Virus record (IMG/VR): IMGVR_UViG_3300022562_001204
Span: 14,551 to 78,550 of that record
Source of the DNA: a virus
Lineage: Duplodnaviria; Heunggongvirae; Uroviricota; Caudoviricetes
Strand: one strand, 5' to 3'
Length of the DNA stretch: 64,000 nt
Shown here: positions 27,919-38,175 of the stretch, in pieces
Layout of the letters: the number at the start of each line of letters is the position of its first letter
Position numbering within the stretch: the first letter of the stretch is position 1
Position numbers and translations under genes: made by a program
Notes under the pieces: model-generated
Database searches by the model: none
Seen by the model: only the letters and a program-made list of their open reading frames with translations
What the model was told of the DNA's origin: nothing

Positions 27919-29079
27919 TTAGAACGTCGGTGCGCCGCCGGACAGGAGGGTTTTGAAGATGTCCATCACATCCGGGCCGCCGCCCTTATTCTTGCTCTGG
28001 ATTTCCTTGAAGGTCAGACTGGTGCCGCGTTCAGCGCCACGGACGTAGAACGTCACCTGGCCCCACTCACGGTCCACGATCGCCACCACCATCGAGCCAG
28101 TCTGGGAGAAGAGATGCTTGCGGACACCCGCATTGCTCCACTTGCCACGGACCTTCTGTTCGATGGACTTGGCGATGACTTCGGACATAACCACCAGGGT
28201 GGATGCCGATGCCAGAGACGGATTGGCAGTCAGAGCACCCCACTTCTTGGCGTTGGTGCGGCGGCGACCGATCTCTGCCAGGACATTGGAGCTGTCGGAG
28301 ATCAGCGCTTTGTTGTAGTTTTCGATCAAGTCCTGAGCGAACACCAGATCACGCCAGAACTCGATACGGCCTGCCTGCCAGGACTGAAAGCGATCCTTGA
28401 GGGTCAGCTCTTCACCCTTGCCGTAGGTGAAGATGGTCTCGACGACTGCGGCAGAGGCAGGGGTCACCATCAGACGAATGCTCACCGGCATGGTCGTGGT
28501 TTTGACCTTGCCATCGGCGCCTTCCACCTGGAGTTCCAGGTTGATGACCTTGCCGATCGACAGATTGGAGGAGATCTCGAGGTTCAGATCGCCACCATCT
28601 GCTTCCATGGACACCGACGGACGATTGGTCGTCGGGAGTCGGTACTTCATGTCTTCAAAGGTGATGTGACGGGCTTCAACCTCGATCACCGGGTTTCCGA
28701 AACCCTCGGTAGCCGCCTTCTTCCCGCGAATGGAACCTTCCAGCATCCAGCCGCTACCGTCACGGTTCGGGTTCAGTCGGTCCAGGAGTCGAACATTCTC
28801 GACGTCCTTCAGACGCATGGAGAGATTCACAGCTTGCAGGTAGTATCCCGCAAACAGAGAATTCAGTGTCATCAGAATGTCTTTGGTGTTTTCAAAATTC
28901 ACCAGGTCGTTCGATAGTATGGTCAGGGGTTCGACCCGTGCCAGACTCGTCACATCGGTGAGGGATGTGTCTCGAACAAATGCCGCGCCCTTTTTGGCAG
29001 CGTCAGCATACTTGGCAGCCGCCATGGCGGCACCATGAACGGCACCAGCCGTGGCGATCGTTGCGCTTATCGGATCCAC
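27919..29079 (-). CDS. Major inner-head protein (phiKZ gp89-like)
   Basis: SLTDVTSLARVEP, internal VSME site, GRIEFWRDLVF..DLI motif, synteny. Confidence 0.75.
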   Translation of the reverse strand: MDPISATIATAGAVHGAAMAAAKYADAAKKGAAFVRDTSLTDVTSLARVEPLTILSNDLVNFENTKDILMTLNSLFAGYYLQAVNLSMRLKDVENVRLLDRLNPNRDGSGWMLEGSIRGKKAATEGFGNPVIEVEARHITFEDMKYRLPTTNRPSVSMEADGGDLNLEISSNLSIGKVINLELQVEGADGKVKTTTMPVSIRLMVTPASAAVVETIFTYGKGEELTLKDRFQSWQAGRIEFWRDLVFAQDLIENYNKALISDSSNVLAEIGRRRTNAKKWGALTANPSLASASTLVVMSEVIAKSIEQKVRGKWSNAGVRKHLFSQTGSMVVAIVDREWGQVTFYVRGAERGTSLTFKEIQSKNKGGGPDVMDIFKTLLSGGAPTF

Positions 29080-29112
29080 ATCAAACTCCTAGTGTGGGAG
29101 GTAAAAAAATCA

Positions 29113-30219
29113 ATGGCTGATAATACAATATCGTCGATATCGATCGACGACATTTTTCAGACAACTTCAGTCGGTTCATTAGATAAGGCCGTAGGTAACA
29201 ATCTCTACGGCATTAACCATCAGCAGATGCCGACTGCGGTTATCAGTAATAGGGAACAGCAAGGCTATACTTTTTTTGTACGTCCTCAGCTGAATCTGCA
29301 GGCTGACAACATTCGAAACGTTCGGAGACTGATGCCGTTGATGGCGGATTACTCTGACGTGTCCATCCATCGGGTCATCAGAACTCTGCTGGATCCTCGG
29401 CTACAGGCAGGCTATACGTTCAATAAGCAGAGTATCGCACCGATCACCTGTCCACTGACGGACCCAGATATGGCATTCATTCCCATTCTGACCAATAACC
29501 TCACTTCCATATCGGGCTGGCCTGATACGGTCAGTCCGGTTTACACCAGTAAACCAGGGATCGTGGAAGAAGCGGTCTCCATGTATGATGGTCCCGTACA
29601 GAACTTTGGGACTTACACCCTGGATGCGACCTTCCGGAACACGGTCTCTGATCCGATCATCTACATGTTCTACGTATGGCAGACCTACGGAGACTGTGTC
29701 TTCGAAGGGACGATGATGCCCTACCCAGACATGCTGGCCTCGAATCGGATCGACTACCACACCCGGATTTACCGTCTGGTGTTGGACTCCAGAAAGAACA
29801 AAGTCACCAAGATCCTGTCCACAGGCCCGGCAATACCGATCTCCATCCCGGTCGGTACGTTCGGTGACTATAACAAGGAGAGACCTTTCTCCGAGCAGAA
29901 CAAAGAACTGACAGTTCGGTTCCAGTGCACGGGGTTCGAGGTCTTTGACCCCATCCTGCTCTCTGAGTTCAACCAAACCGTCCAGATGTTCAATGCCAGT
30001 ATGAAGGACGATAACCTTGAAAGCGACATGATTCAGGTTCCCGCCCATCTCCGGCAGTTGTTTAACAATCGCGGGTATCCTCGGATTGATCCTGATACCT
30101 ATCAGCTCCAGTGGTGGGTGCCGCAGTCCCTATACAGCAGTCGAACCCTTGCTCTGTTGACGACGTATAGCCAGGCCTACCCTGACGTCGATATAGCCAA
30201 TTCAACCGAATCAGAATAA
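29113..30219 (+). CDS. Baseplate/tube-initiator protein (phiKZ gp88-like); probable start ATG 29113
   Basis: TFFVRPQLNL, N.LTSISGWPD and NRIDYHTRIYRLVLD motifs; synteny. Confidence 0.7.
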   Translation: MADNTISSISIDDIFQTTSVGSLDKAVGNNLYGINHQQMPTAVISNREQQGYTFFVRPQLNLQADNIRNVRRLMPLMADYSDVSIHRVIRTLLDPRLQAGYTFNKQSIAPITCPLTDPDMAFIPILTNNLTSISGWPDTVSPVYTSKPGIVEEAVSMYDGPVQNFGTYTLDATFRNTVSDPIIYMFYVWQTYGDCVFEGTMMPYPDMLASNRIDYHTRIYRLVLDSRKNKVTKILSTGPAIPISIPVGTFGDYNKERPFSEQNKELTVRFQCTGFEVFDPILLSEFNQTVQMFNASMKDDNLESDMIQVPAHLRQLFNNRGYPRIDPDTYQLQWWVPQSLYSSRTLALLTTYSQAYPDVDIANSTESE

Positions 30220-30230
30220 AGGACACGTCA

Positions 30231-33185
30231 ATGACGGAGCTTACCAGCGGATCTGTCAGCATGCAGACCCTCTACGATAACATCGACACCTACAAGACGT
30301 CTCCCGTCAAGATCGTGGACACCATGGTGGACTACATCGACGAGCTCCTGGACGGAGCGGTGGATATCGTGGATCCCACCAACCCTTTCATTCTGCTGCT
30401 GGAGATGAGCGCGGTATCGACCTCTGTGGCGGTGAATACCAACATCGTCAACCTGAGGGCGGCCTACGCCAAGATGGCGCAGACCCAGGAAGAACTCTAC
30501 CACCACATGACGGACTCGGACTACCTGGGTCGCTTTGCGACACCGGGCACTGCTCCCGTGACGATCATGCTGGAAGTGAATGAGCTGATCAATAAGCTGG
30601 TCTACGATGAGTCAGAAGGTGCCTACAAGGGTATCATCCCTCGAGACAGCTATGTCACGGTGGACGGATACGTCCTGACCAATGAGTACCCGATCGTCAT
30701 TCGACGCTATGACAACGGGGTGGTGCAGATCAGCTACGACTCGACGTACACATCGCCGATCACCACGCTGAGCCAGCTGATCATTCCGTATACGGTCAGA
30801 ATCTCCTCCACGGACAAGGTTCAGTATGTGAACTTTACCGTGGATATGAAACAAATGACGCTGACCAGCAGTCAGACGACCATCAGTGCCTCGACGATCT
30901 TCTCGGTGGATTATAGCTACACGAACTACTTCGTATATGCTCGTGCCTTCTATCAGAACTCAGCGACGGGTACGGAATGGGTCGAAGTGGCTACGACCCA
31001 CAGTGACCAGGTCTTTGACTCAGGCACCCCAACGGTGGTTCTGACGGTATCGGACCCAGCAGAGGGGTCTACCACAGGAACTCTGAATGTCTCTATTCCT
31101 TATATATACGTCTCGAATGGTTCGATCTCGGGCGTGTTGCGGGTGGACATCTACACGACCCTGGGGGAGATCACTGAGGACCTCTCGACCTATACGGTTG
31201 ATTCGTTCAAGCTGAGCATCCGGGCTATCGACAGTACCCGTGACCTGAATGTATACACCAACCAGTGGGCCAACCTGTCCCTGAACGCGTACAGCTCGGG
31301 TGAGATCACCGGGGGTACAGCGGCAATTGACTTCGACACTCTCAGGGATCAGGTCATCAACCACGTGGCAGGACCCCGGCAGATCCCGATCACCAACGTG
31401 GAAGCGGCCTCTGAGATCTCGAAGGCTGGCTTTACGCTGGTCCCGAACGTGGATGCTCTGACAAACCGTATCTTCCTGGCGACCCAGAGTCTCCCGACCC
31501 CGACGAACGCGGACATCAATACCCCAGCCAACATGGGCATGATCTCCTATACTGCCGACCTGGATGCTCTCAAGAATTACACGAACGTCAAGATCAATGA
31601 CCGCCGCGCCACGTTCCTGTCCTACAATCTGTTCAGTATGGACAACGGTGTGGCCACGCTGATCGACCAGTCGGATATCGACGATATCGAGGCGTTGAAC
31701 CGCACGACCCTGATCTCGACTGTCAACGCAACCAGCTACGTCTACAACCCGTTCTACTACGTGTTGGATGTCTCTGAGGATGTTCCGGAGATCAGAGCGT
31801 ACGATCTGGACAACCCGACAATCTCGGATCTGTCGATCATTCGACAGAACCAGACCCTCCAAATGCCCGTCAATACCGATGAGTACACCATCACCAAGGA
31901 GTCGACCGGCTTCAAGATCGTGGTGACCACCTCCTCGGGTAACAACTACCAGCAGGTCGCAGACAGCATGGTCTTCGCTCAGCTGGGGATCTCAGGATAT
32001 CTCCCGAACACGGACACTGCGACGACGGGGTATGTCCTGGGTACCATGACAGGGACGACCGATGACGATGAACGCATCTTTGAGTTCGTTCTGGAGACGA
32101 ACTACGATGTGAACGGTGATGACCAGATCTACATCAGTACGCTCTCGGTGGACGAGGATACTGTCGGGCTCTATGTCCCGATCTCCTTCACCATGAACCT
32201 GTTCCACGCGACCACCTCCCTGACCACGGCTTATATCGCCGATGAAACGGACGCTTTGCTGGGCAAGTTCCAGCTACCCACCGGCGTGGCGGGTAATACG
32301 CAGGAGACCTTTACGGTCACCATCGGTCAAGCCCTGAGCAACCTCTGGACACGTTGTCGTCCGGCTGTGGCGGGTGCGACGTACCAGACCTATACCAAGA
32401 ACATCCCGAAGGTCTACGCTCAGGACTACTACAGCACGGATACCGACACGGGCTCCATCCTGGATATGTCGACTGGCGTACCCACGTACACCAAGCTTTA
32501 CAGCAAGGGTGACTACGTCTATGACGACGAAGGTAACCAGGAATATGAGCATCTGGAAGGCGATACGGTCCTGGACTCCAGCGGCAACCCCTTGGAAGTC
32601 GATGCCATTCGTTCCAGCTACAACCTGGATCTGCTGGTGGTGGATGGTAAGATGTACTTCGTGACTGACACGGACTACCTGGCCTATCGCGAGGAGATCT
32701 CTGCTACGATCACCGACTGGGTGGTGAATGACCTGGAAGACCTCGAGGAGCGTCTGCTCGAGAAGACTCAGATCTACTACTACCCGCTCTCAGCGATCGG
32801 CACCACCAAGATCATGACCAGTGCCAGCACCACGGCGTCTATCGACTCCGAACAGTCGCTGACAGTGACGCTCTATGTGGAGAGCGCAGTACTGGCTTCC
32901 CAGACCATCCAAGACCAGATGCGGGCTACCCTGGTCGCCACCATCAACACGGTCTTCTCGGAATCAAGCTTCACCATGACCTACCTGCACAATGCGATTA
33001 TCGATGCGTTGGGTACTTCAGTCAGCGGTGTGGTGGTTTCGGGTATTGGCGGCAGTACCAACTACCAGTCCATCACGGTCGCTACCGGGTACAACAAGCT
33101 TTGTCTGGCCAAGAAGTTGGCTACCCAGACAGACGGGACCCTCTACGTGACGGAAGATCTCACCCTGACGTTCACACAGTACTGA
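30231..33185 (+). CDS. Baseplate wedge protein (phiKZ gp87-like, T4 gp6-like)
   Basis: 984 aa; DPTNPFILLLE, AQT.EELY.HM.D, GG.....D.LR (baseplate J/gp6 motif); synteny. Confidence 0.75.
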   Translation: MTELTSGSVSMQTLYDNIDTYKTSPVKIVDTMVDYIDELLDGAVDIVDPTNPFILLLEMSAVSTSVAVNTNIVNLRAAYAKMAQTQEELYHHMTDSDYLGRFATPGTAPVTIMLEVNELINKLVYDESEGAYKGIIPRDSYVTVDGYVLTNEYPIVIRRYDNGVVQISYDSTYTSPITTLSQLIIPYTVRISSTDKVQYVNFTVDMKQMTLTSSQTTISASTIFSVDYSYTNYFVYARAFYQNSATGTEWVEVATTHSDQVFDSGTPTVVLTVSDPAEGSTTGTLNVSIPYIYVSNGSISGVLRVDIYTTLGEITEDLSTYTVDSFKLSIRAIDSTRDLNVYTNQWANLSLNAYSSGEITGGTAAIDFDTLRDQVINHVAGPRQIPITNVEAASEISKAGFTLVPNVDALTNRIFLATQSLPTPTNADINTPANMGMISYTADLDALKNYTNVKINDRRATFLSYNLFSMDNGVATLIDQSDIDDIEALNRTTLISTVNATSYVYNPFYYVLDVSEDVPEIRAYDLDNPTISDLSIIRQNQTLQMPVNTDEYTITKESTGFKIVVTTSSGNNYQQVADSMVFAQLGISGYLPNTDTATTGYVLGTMTGTTDDDERIFEFVLETNYDVNGDDQIYISTLSVDEDTVGLYVPISFTMNLFHATTSLTTAYIADETDALLGKFQLPTGVAGNTQETFTVTIGQALSNLWTRCRPAVAGATYQTYTKNIPKVYAQDYYSTDTDTGSILDMSTGVPTYTKLYSKGDYVYDDEGNQEYEHLEGDTVLDSSGNPLEVDAIRSSYNLDLLVVDGKMYFVTDTDYLAYREEISATITDWVVNDLEDLEERLLEKTQIYYYPLSAIGTTKIMTSASTTASIDSEQSLTVTLYVESAVLASQTIQDQMRATLVATINTVFSESSFTMTYLHNAIIDALGTSVSGVVVSGIGGSTNYQSITVATGYNKLCLAKKLATQTDGTLYVTEDLTLTFTQY

Positions 33186-33192
33186 GCATAAG

Positions 33193-33230
33193 CCCACTAG
33201 GGACTCCTTATATAAGGAGTCCCTAGTGGG
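33193..33230. repeat. Perfect 38-bp palindrome between convergent genes, centred on the CCTTATATAAGG motif
   Basis: CCCACTAGGGACTCCTTAT-ATAAGGAGTCCCTAGTGGG read directly. Confidence 0.9.
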
Positions 33231-33239
33231 TGTTTGGTG

Positions 33240-34346
33240 TCACAGTTCCAGGTACGTCACCAACATCTCTTCGAGCGCCAGGTTCAGCATGGTCAGGCCG
33301 TAGACCAGGTTGTTGTTCCGTGCGACGGTGTCGTGGAACTTCATGAAGGCCGGGGCATGCTCCACGATGTAGTCGGAGAGCTCCTCGGGTTTCGTCTCCA
33401 GACCCTGAGCGTTGGCCAGAAGGGTGTCAATGTGAGCGATCTGGTCCGTGATGTCCTTGACCAGATTCTCCAGAAGATCCGGGTACTCTGGGCTGGTGAT
33501 GTACCGAACCAGCATGTCGAAGCCGATCGGTTCATGGTGGTCGTGAGGCATCACGCCCAGCTTGGAGTACTGTTCCGGGTCTTCGCTACCCAAGCGACAG
33601 ACCGTGTGACGGACACCGTGGTCGCTCAATGCCTTCCCCATGGTCCGCAGCGCCCGCTGGAAGCGGGGTAGCGTTTTCAGGGTGGTCTTGATGACCAAGG
33701 GGTCCAACACGGAGATATCGGTGGTGTAGAGGTTGATGAACTCCCCTGTGGTGGTGGGCACCACATTCGAGGGGTTGCTCCCCAAACGGTCTTGGATTGA
33801 TCTGACTTCGCTAGCCAGAGAGGTCGATACCCGCACCAGCCCCGGGATTTGCCGTTCCACCAGAGTGACCAATGCCTCCTTGGCCTGGGTCATCGGGCCA
33901 GAGAGGTAGGTCTTGTAGAGGTCCATCAACTCCAAAGACTCCAGAGCGATCCGGTTCTGCATGTAGTTCCGGGTCTTCTGGTAGTTGGTGCGGGTTGGGA
34001 TGTTGGTGAAGGTCTGCTTCGGGATGCTGTCATAGAGACCCCCAAAGCTTTCCTGCACAGCCTCTGCCAGTCCCGTGTCCATGGTCTCACCAGGAGCGAT
34101 CTCCGAATCGACCGTCTTCAGGTCCACCAGACGTTCAGCTTTGTCTTCCACGAGCTTGAACTGAATGTCCATGTCGGGAAGCTTCTCCTGGATTTCCAGG
34201 GCCTCGTCGATTGAACGAGGTATCTTACCACTCGTCGGAGGTTCCAGGATGATCTTCTCCTTCGACTCCGGCTTCAGGATGGAAAGGTCCAGGGCGGCCT
34301 CATCCGGGTTCTCTGGGTCAAAATCGTCGTCTTCGTATTGGCTCAT
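33240..34346 (-). CDS. Head protein (phiKZ gp86 position)
   Basis: Acidic propeptide ending IALE-SLE; synteny. Confidence 0.65.
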   Translation of the reverse strand: MSQYEDDDFDPENPDEAALDLSILKPESKEKIILEPPTSGKIPRSIDEALEIQEKLPDMDIQFKLVEDKAERLVDLKTVDSEIAPGETMDTGLAEAVQESFGGLYDSIPKQTFTNIPTRTNYQKTRNYMQNRIALESLELMDLYKTYLSGPMTQAKEALVTLVERQIPGLVRVSTSLASEVRSIQDRLGSNPSNVVPTTTGEFINLYTTDISVLDPLVIKTTLKTLPRFQRALRTMGKALSDHGVRHTVCRLGSEDPEQYSKLGVMPHDHHEPIGFDMLVRYITSPEYPDLLENLVKDITDQIAHIDTLLANAQGLETKPEELSDYIVEHAPAFMKFHDTVARNNNLVYGLTMLNLALEEMLVTYLEL

Positions 34347-34813
34347 GTTGAGAGTCCCAGGTCAGTGAGCAGCAGTTTGAGGGAGATACAGTGTCGAATG
34401 ATGTCAACCCGGCAGTCTTCAATGCACTTCAACTCGTCGGGGGAGAAGAACCGGGAGATGCCGAAGTAGTCGACCACGGCAGTCCCTTCGTAGAGTGCAC
34501 CACCGTTGATCTTACCCGAAGCAACTGCGACACGCCAGCAATACAGCTTGCAGGCCTGGTCCTCGATAGCCTCGACATCCAGGCGGATGTGTTCATTCAG
34601 CAGGGTCAGGGTCTTCTCCAGATTCCCCCACTGGACCTCCCTGAAATGTTCGCTCAGGTCAGCCGGCATGTCCACGGGGACGTGCAGGCTTTCAACCAGA
34701 AGCATCGCCAGCGCATGGGTGACGGCCGGCATACGGCCGGTAGAAGTCCCAGAGAAGGTGGACAGGTACTGCTTTGAGCTCATGGTGAGTTTCGTCAAAC
34801 TGAAATACGACAT
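34343..34813 (-). CDS. Conserved hypothetical protein (phiKZ gp85 position)
   Basis: ORF, ATGA coupling, synteny. Confidence 0.6.
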   Translation of the reverse strand: MSYFSLTKLTMSSKQYLSTFSGTSTGRMPAVTHALAMLLVESLHVPVDMPADLSEHFREVQWGNLEKTLTLLNEHIRLDVEAIEDQACKLYCWRVAVASGKINGGALYEGTAVVDYFGISRFFSPDELKCIEDCRVDIIRHCISLKLLLTDLGLST

Positions 34814-34829
34814 GTCTGGGATCCCTGGG

Positions 34830-36143
34830 TTATGTGGTGCGGAGCTTGGCAGCTTCTACGTACAACGGATTGGCGGAGAGTTGCTCCAAGAGCTGCTGGT
34901 ACGCCAGATCCTTGGTGGCTTGGCGAGAGAGTGGGTCGACGGCGTCATACAGCTTCGCCACGATGGTTTTGCCCGAGATTTGAGTCTTGGCAATGTTGTC
35001 AAGCGTTCGGATCTGCTCAATGGCGATCTTCGTGTCCTTTGGAGACAAATCAGTATCTTTGAGCTGCTCGATAAGATGATTCTTCAGTCGTATTGTTCGA
35101 TCTGGGTCGTAGTCGTAGAGCATGGTGTTTGCAGAATTGCTCGTCGGCGGACCAAAGAACCAGCTGGCTCTCTTATTGTACAAACCAAAACCGATCAATA
35201 TCGCGAAAAGTCGGGCGATTGTCCACGGAATGAATAAGAACAGTAGCGTCCTGACCACACCAATGACGTCCGCGGTTACCGTAAGCAGCCACATGGGTGA
35301 GTAGCGTTTCGTAGTGAAATGCTGAAGAGCGGTACCGAGAGCCTCGCTGTACCCGAAACTGGCTGCGAAGTGATCGGCTAACATCTCAAAGCTATTGTTG
35401 TTGTATGCGCTCTTCCGGTTGCTTTCATGAACCGAGATTCCAAGAATCTCAAGGACCCTTGGTCCTGGAATCAGCTTACCCTGGATGGTCAGTTCTTCAA
35501 GGTCTTCCTTTTTAAGGTCCGGGTTTACCTTGCTGAGTTCAACAAACATCAAGTCCAGGTCGACCTTACCGGTATCGAGCTTCTTCTTTGTCAGCTTGTC
35601 CAGGATCATGTTGACGGCGTTCATCCTGGAGGAGAAGGCAAACGAGTAGAACAAATGTCCGATTTCGTGTAACATGATACCGGCAATCTGTTTAACCGAC
35701 CAGAACCTTCGACACTTTGAAAAATTGATATACAGACAGCAGGTCACTTCGGAAAATCCCCCGCTAACCTTGGCATGTTCAAAGTCGACAGACCCTGTCA
35801 CCGCACTTCGTGTGTGTTTACGGTTCTCTTCGTACATGACCCGTTCGTATTCCAAACCGCGCTCATAAGGCAGGAGCATGGTGGTCGATGTGTTCAGATA
35901 CACTGGCCAGGCCGCAGCCAGGGTAGAGTTGGTCACAATGAGTACGTTGATACCGAACCGAGTATTGATCAACTGGGTTAGGTTTACCAGGGCCGGATTG
36001 TCCTTTTTCAAGGAACTGGCCTTGGTTTTGAACAATTCGGTCATGCAGTCGGTGATGGCTGCCTCGAACTTCTCCGGGAAGCCGTCAGTCTGACGCGAAA
36101 TCATCTCCTGGCTGATCGACAGGCTGTCAAAGAAACGAGGCAT
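34830..36143 (-). CDS. Virion protein with zinc metallopeptidase motif (phiKZ gp84-like, M48-like)
   Basis: LHEIGH (HExxH), FEMLADHFAASFG (ExxAD), TM segments. Confidence 0.7.
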   Translation of the reverse strand: MPRFFDSLSISQEMISRQTDGFPEKFEAAITDCMTELFKTKASSLKKDNPALVNLTQLINTRFGINVLIVTNSTLAAAWPVYLNTSTTMLLPYERGLEYERVMYEENRKHTRSAVTGSVDFEHAKVSGGFSEVTCCLYINFSKCRRFWSVKQIAGIMLHEIGHLFYSFAFSSRMNAVNMILDKLTKKKLDTGKVDLDLMFVELSKVNPDLKKEDLEELTIQGKLIPGPRVLEILGISVHESNRKSAYNNNSFEMLADHFAASFGYSEALGTALQHFTTKRYSPMWLLTVTADVIGVVRTLLFLFIPWTIARLFAILIGFGLYNKRASWFFGPPTSNSANTMLYDYDPDRTIRLKNHLIEQLKDTDLSPKDTKIAIEQIRTLDNIAKTQISGKTIVAKLYDAVDPLSRQATKDLAYQQLLEQLSANPLYVEAAKLRTT

Positions 36144-36209
36144 GGCTGACCTATAGGTGGAATGTGGGAGTCATAACATCTCCTCACCCGAGATGGTAAA
36201 AACGATTCC

Positions 36210-36224
36210 GACTCCTTTATATAG
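36210..36224 (+). promoter_or_regulatory. GACTCCTTTATATAG motif upstream of the DNA polymerase
   Basis: Same motif family; 22 nt before ATG 36247. Confidence 0.6.
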
Positions 36225-36246
36225 TGCAGTCCACAAAGGGAAAGAG

Positions 36247-37998
36247 ATGAGCGACGCACGTCAACTCGTTGGGAAGGAATGTCGGTTTGCCTGGCATATC
36301 CCCGCGTCCAAGAACAACCCGGACCTCCACATGGTCAAGGAGGTCAGACATTACTCGGATGGCACGACCGAACCGGCTATTCGGTTCATCAAGAATTTCA
36401 AGCGGGACTTCTACATCACCACGCCTAACAAGCGGACGTACAAACAGAAGAAAGAGTTCGAGAAGCTGAGCAGCGTGGTCAAGTACTCCTGCACGCAGTC
36501 GGACCTACGGGACGAGGTGGCCCATGCGTTAGAGAGAGGGTTTAGCCGGGATCACCTGAAGAAGCTCGCAAACAGCCCCTACCTCTACGGGACTGAGATC
36601 TCCTCGACCTCCCTGATCAAGCACGAGTATATGAAACGGTGGCCTGACCACCGTACGGCGTACCGGGTGGCCTGCCTCGACATCGAAACCGATGTCGTGG
36701 ACATGACCGAGGACCCGATCATCATCACGATCACCCTGGGCGACAAGATCTGGACAGGGGTCAGCAAACGGTTTATCGGGGGTATCGCGTTTGCTGAGCG
36801 ACAGATCCTGGATGCAGCCCATAAGTACATCGGTCAGTACGAGAAGCTCGATAACTACGAGCTGATCATCGGGACGGAGTACGAAGACGGAGCTGAGTTG
36901 ATCAAGGGTGCGTTTGCCTGGCTGCACCAGGAAAAGCCGGATATCGTAGCCATCTGGAACATCAACTTCGATATTCCCAAGATGACCGCTTGTCTCAGGA
37001 AGTATGGGGTGGACCCTGCTGACGTTTACTGCGACCCCTCCATCCCCAAGAGCGTCAGGCTCTGCGAGTACAAGGAAGGTCCGGATAAGAAGAAAAAGGC
37101 AGGTGGTAAGGAGATCTCGATCGACTATGTCGATCAGTGGCATTACTTCATCCTGACCGCCAGCTTCTACTTCCTTGACGCCATGTGCGTCTACCGTCTG
37201 CTTCGTCTAGCCAAGCCTAAGCTCCCTTCGTATAGTCTGGACGCCGTACTGGACCTGGAACTGGGTGTCCGTAAGCTGTCCTTCAGCCAGGCTGACCACC
37301 TCAGTGGTCTCCAGAAGCACCAGTTTATGCAGCAGAATTACAAGATCGAGTATATCGTCTACGGTATGTTCGATACCTTGTCGATGGCGATGCTGGACCG
37401 GAAGATCCTGGATCTGTCGTTTACCGTCCCAACGTTCTCGGTCACGACGGACTTCTGGAAGTTCAACTCGAAGCCCCGGTGTATCGCGGATGCTCTTCAT
37501 TACTACGTCCTGGAGAAGGGGTATGTCCTCCAGTCCGTTGGACAGGAGGACGATATCGGGTATGAAGAGGTCGGTATCGAGGAAGACGACGACACGCTGG
37601 ACCTGAAGGGGTGGATTATGACCCTGCCAGCTCATCTGACCGCCCCAGGGCTCTGCCTGGTAGATGAAGTCTCTCAACTACCGACCATGATCCGGGCGTT
37701 CGTCTATGACAGCGACTGCACCTCCGCCTATCCCACTTGCATTTCCATCCTCAATGTCTCCAAGGAGACCACGAAGCGAGAGATCATCACCATCGTCGGT
37801 ATCGACGAAGATGTCTTCCGACTTCAGAACATCAACCTCCTCTCTGGGCATGTCAACATGCTGGAGTACGGACATGAGATGTTTGGATTACCGACACTCT
37901 TCGAGCTCGAAGAGATGGTGGTTGTAGACCACCAGAACGGCGTACACTTCAAACAGCCGGAACAGGCAGTTCAGATTCCGTATGAGGAAGCTGAGTAA
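36247..37998 (+). CDS. Family B DNA polymerase, 3'-5' exonuclease and motif-A half of the split enzyme (phiKZ gp82-like); probable start ATG 36247
   Basis: ExoI LDIETD, ExoII WNINFD, ExoIII YGMFD, motif A DCTSAYP; no motif C, as expected for the split chimallivirus PolB. Confidence 0.9.
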   Translation: MSDARQLVGKECRFAWHIPASKNNPDLHMVKEVRHYSDGTTEPAIRFIKNFKRDFYITTPNKRTYKQKKEFEKLSSVVKYSCTQSDLRDEVAHALERGFSRDHLKKLANSPYLYGTEISSTSLIKHEYMKRWPDHRTAYRVACLDIETDVVDMTEDPIIITITLGDKIWTGVSKRFIGGIAFAERQILDAAHKYIGQYEKLDNYELIIGTEYEDGAELIKGAFAWLHQEKPDIVAIWNINFDIPKMTACLRKYGVDPADVYCDPSIPKSVRLCEYKEGPDKKKKAGGKEISIDYVDQWHYFILTASFYFLDAMCVYRLLRLAKPKLPSYSLDAVLDLELGVRKLSFSQADHLSGLQKHQFMQQNYKIEYIVYGMFDTLSMAMLDRKILDLSFTVPTFSVTTDFWKFNSKPRCIADALHYYVLEKGYVLQSVGQEDDIGYEEVGIEEDDDTLDLKGWIMTLPAHLTAPGLCLVDEVSQLPTMIRAFVYDSDCTSAYPTCISILNVSKETTKREIITIVGIDEDVFRLQNINLLSGHVNMLEYGHEMFGLPTLFELEEMVVVDHQNGVHFKQPEQAVQIPYEEAE

Positions 37999-38074
37999 TT
38001 GAGGATTCTTTAACCACCATAGTGTGACAGGGTAATCTGGTTCCCTTGTTGTCTGAATTTATTCGGACCCTATT

Positions 38075-38102
38075 CCAGGCTGGAAACCCTCTTCCAGCCT
38101 GG
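38075..38102 (+). terminator. Terminator after the DNA polymerase
   Basis: 11-bp stem followed by a T-rich tail. Confidence 0.65.
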
Positions 38103-38117
38103 GCTTTCTATTCAGTA

Positions 38118-38161
38118 CATACTCCCTCCCTACCCAGTCTGTCGGGTAGGGAGGGAGTATG
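38118..38161 (-). terminator. Terminator after the 220-aa gene
   Basis: 18-bp perfect stem. Confidence 0.75.
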
Positions 38162-38175
38162 CTGTCATGATGACG

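Noticed and set aside
29271-29277. Second T TTT TTT heptamer in the gp88-like gene
   Set aside because: The -1 frame stops about ten codons later and joins no downstream ORF; it encodes the TFFVRP motif in an AT-rich 5' region.
972-33230. Repeated palindromes as a CRISPR array or REP elements
   Set aside because: Copies are dispersed and tied to gene starts, with no regular spacers and no cas genes.
36247-37998. PolB lacking motif C as a pseudogene
   Set aside because: Chimallivirus PolB is naturally split into two genes, and the other half is expected outside the window.
37999-38175. Large intergenic gap as a possible ncRNA or tRNA
   Set aside because: Mostly explained by two back-to-back terminators of convergent genes; no cloverleaf or T-loop consensus.
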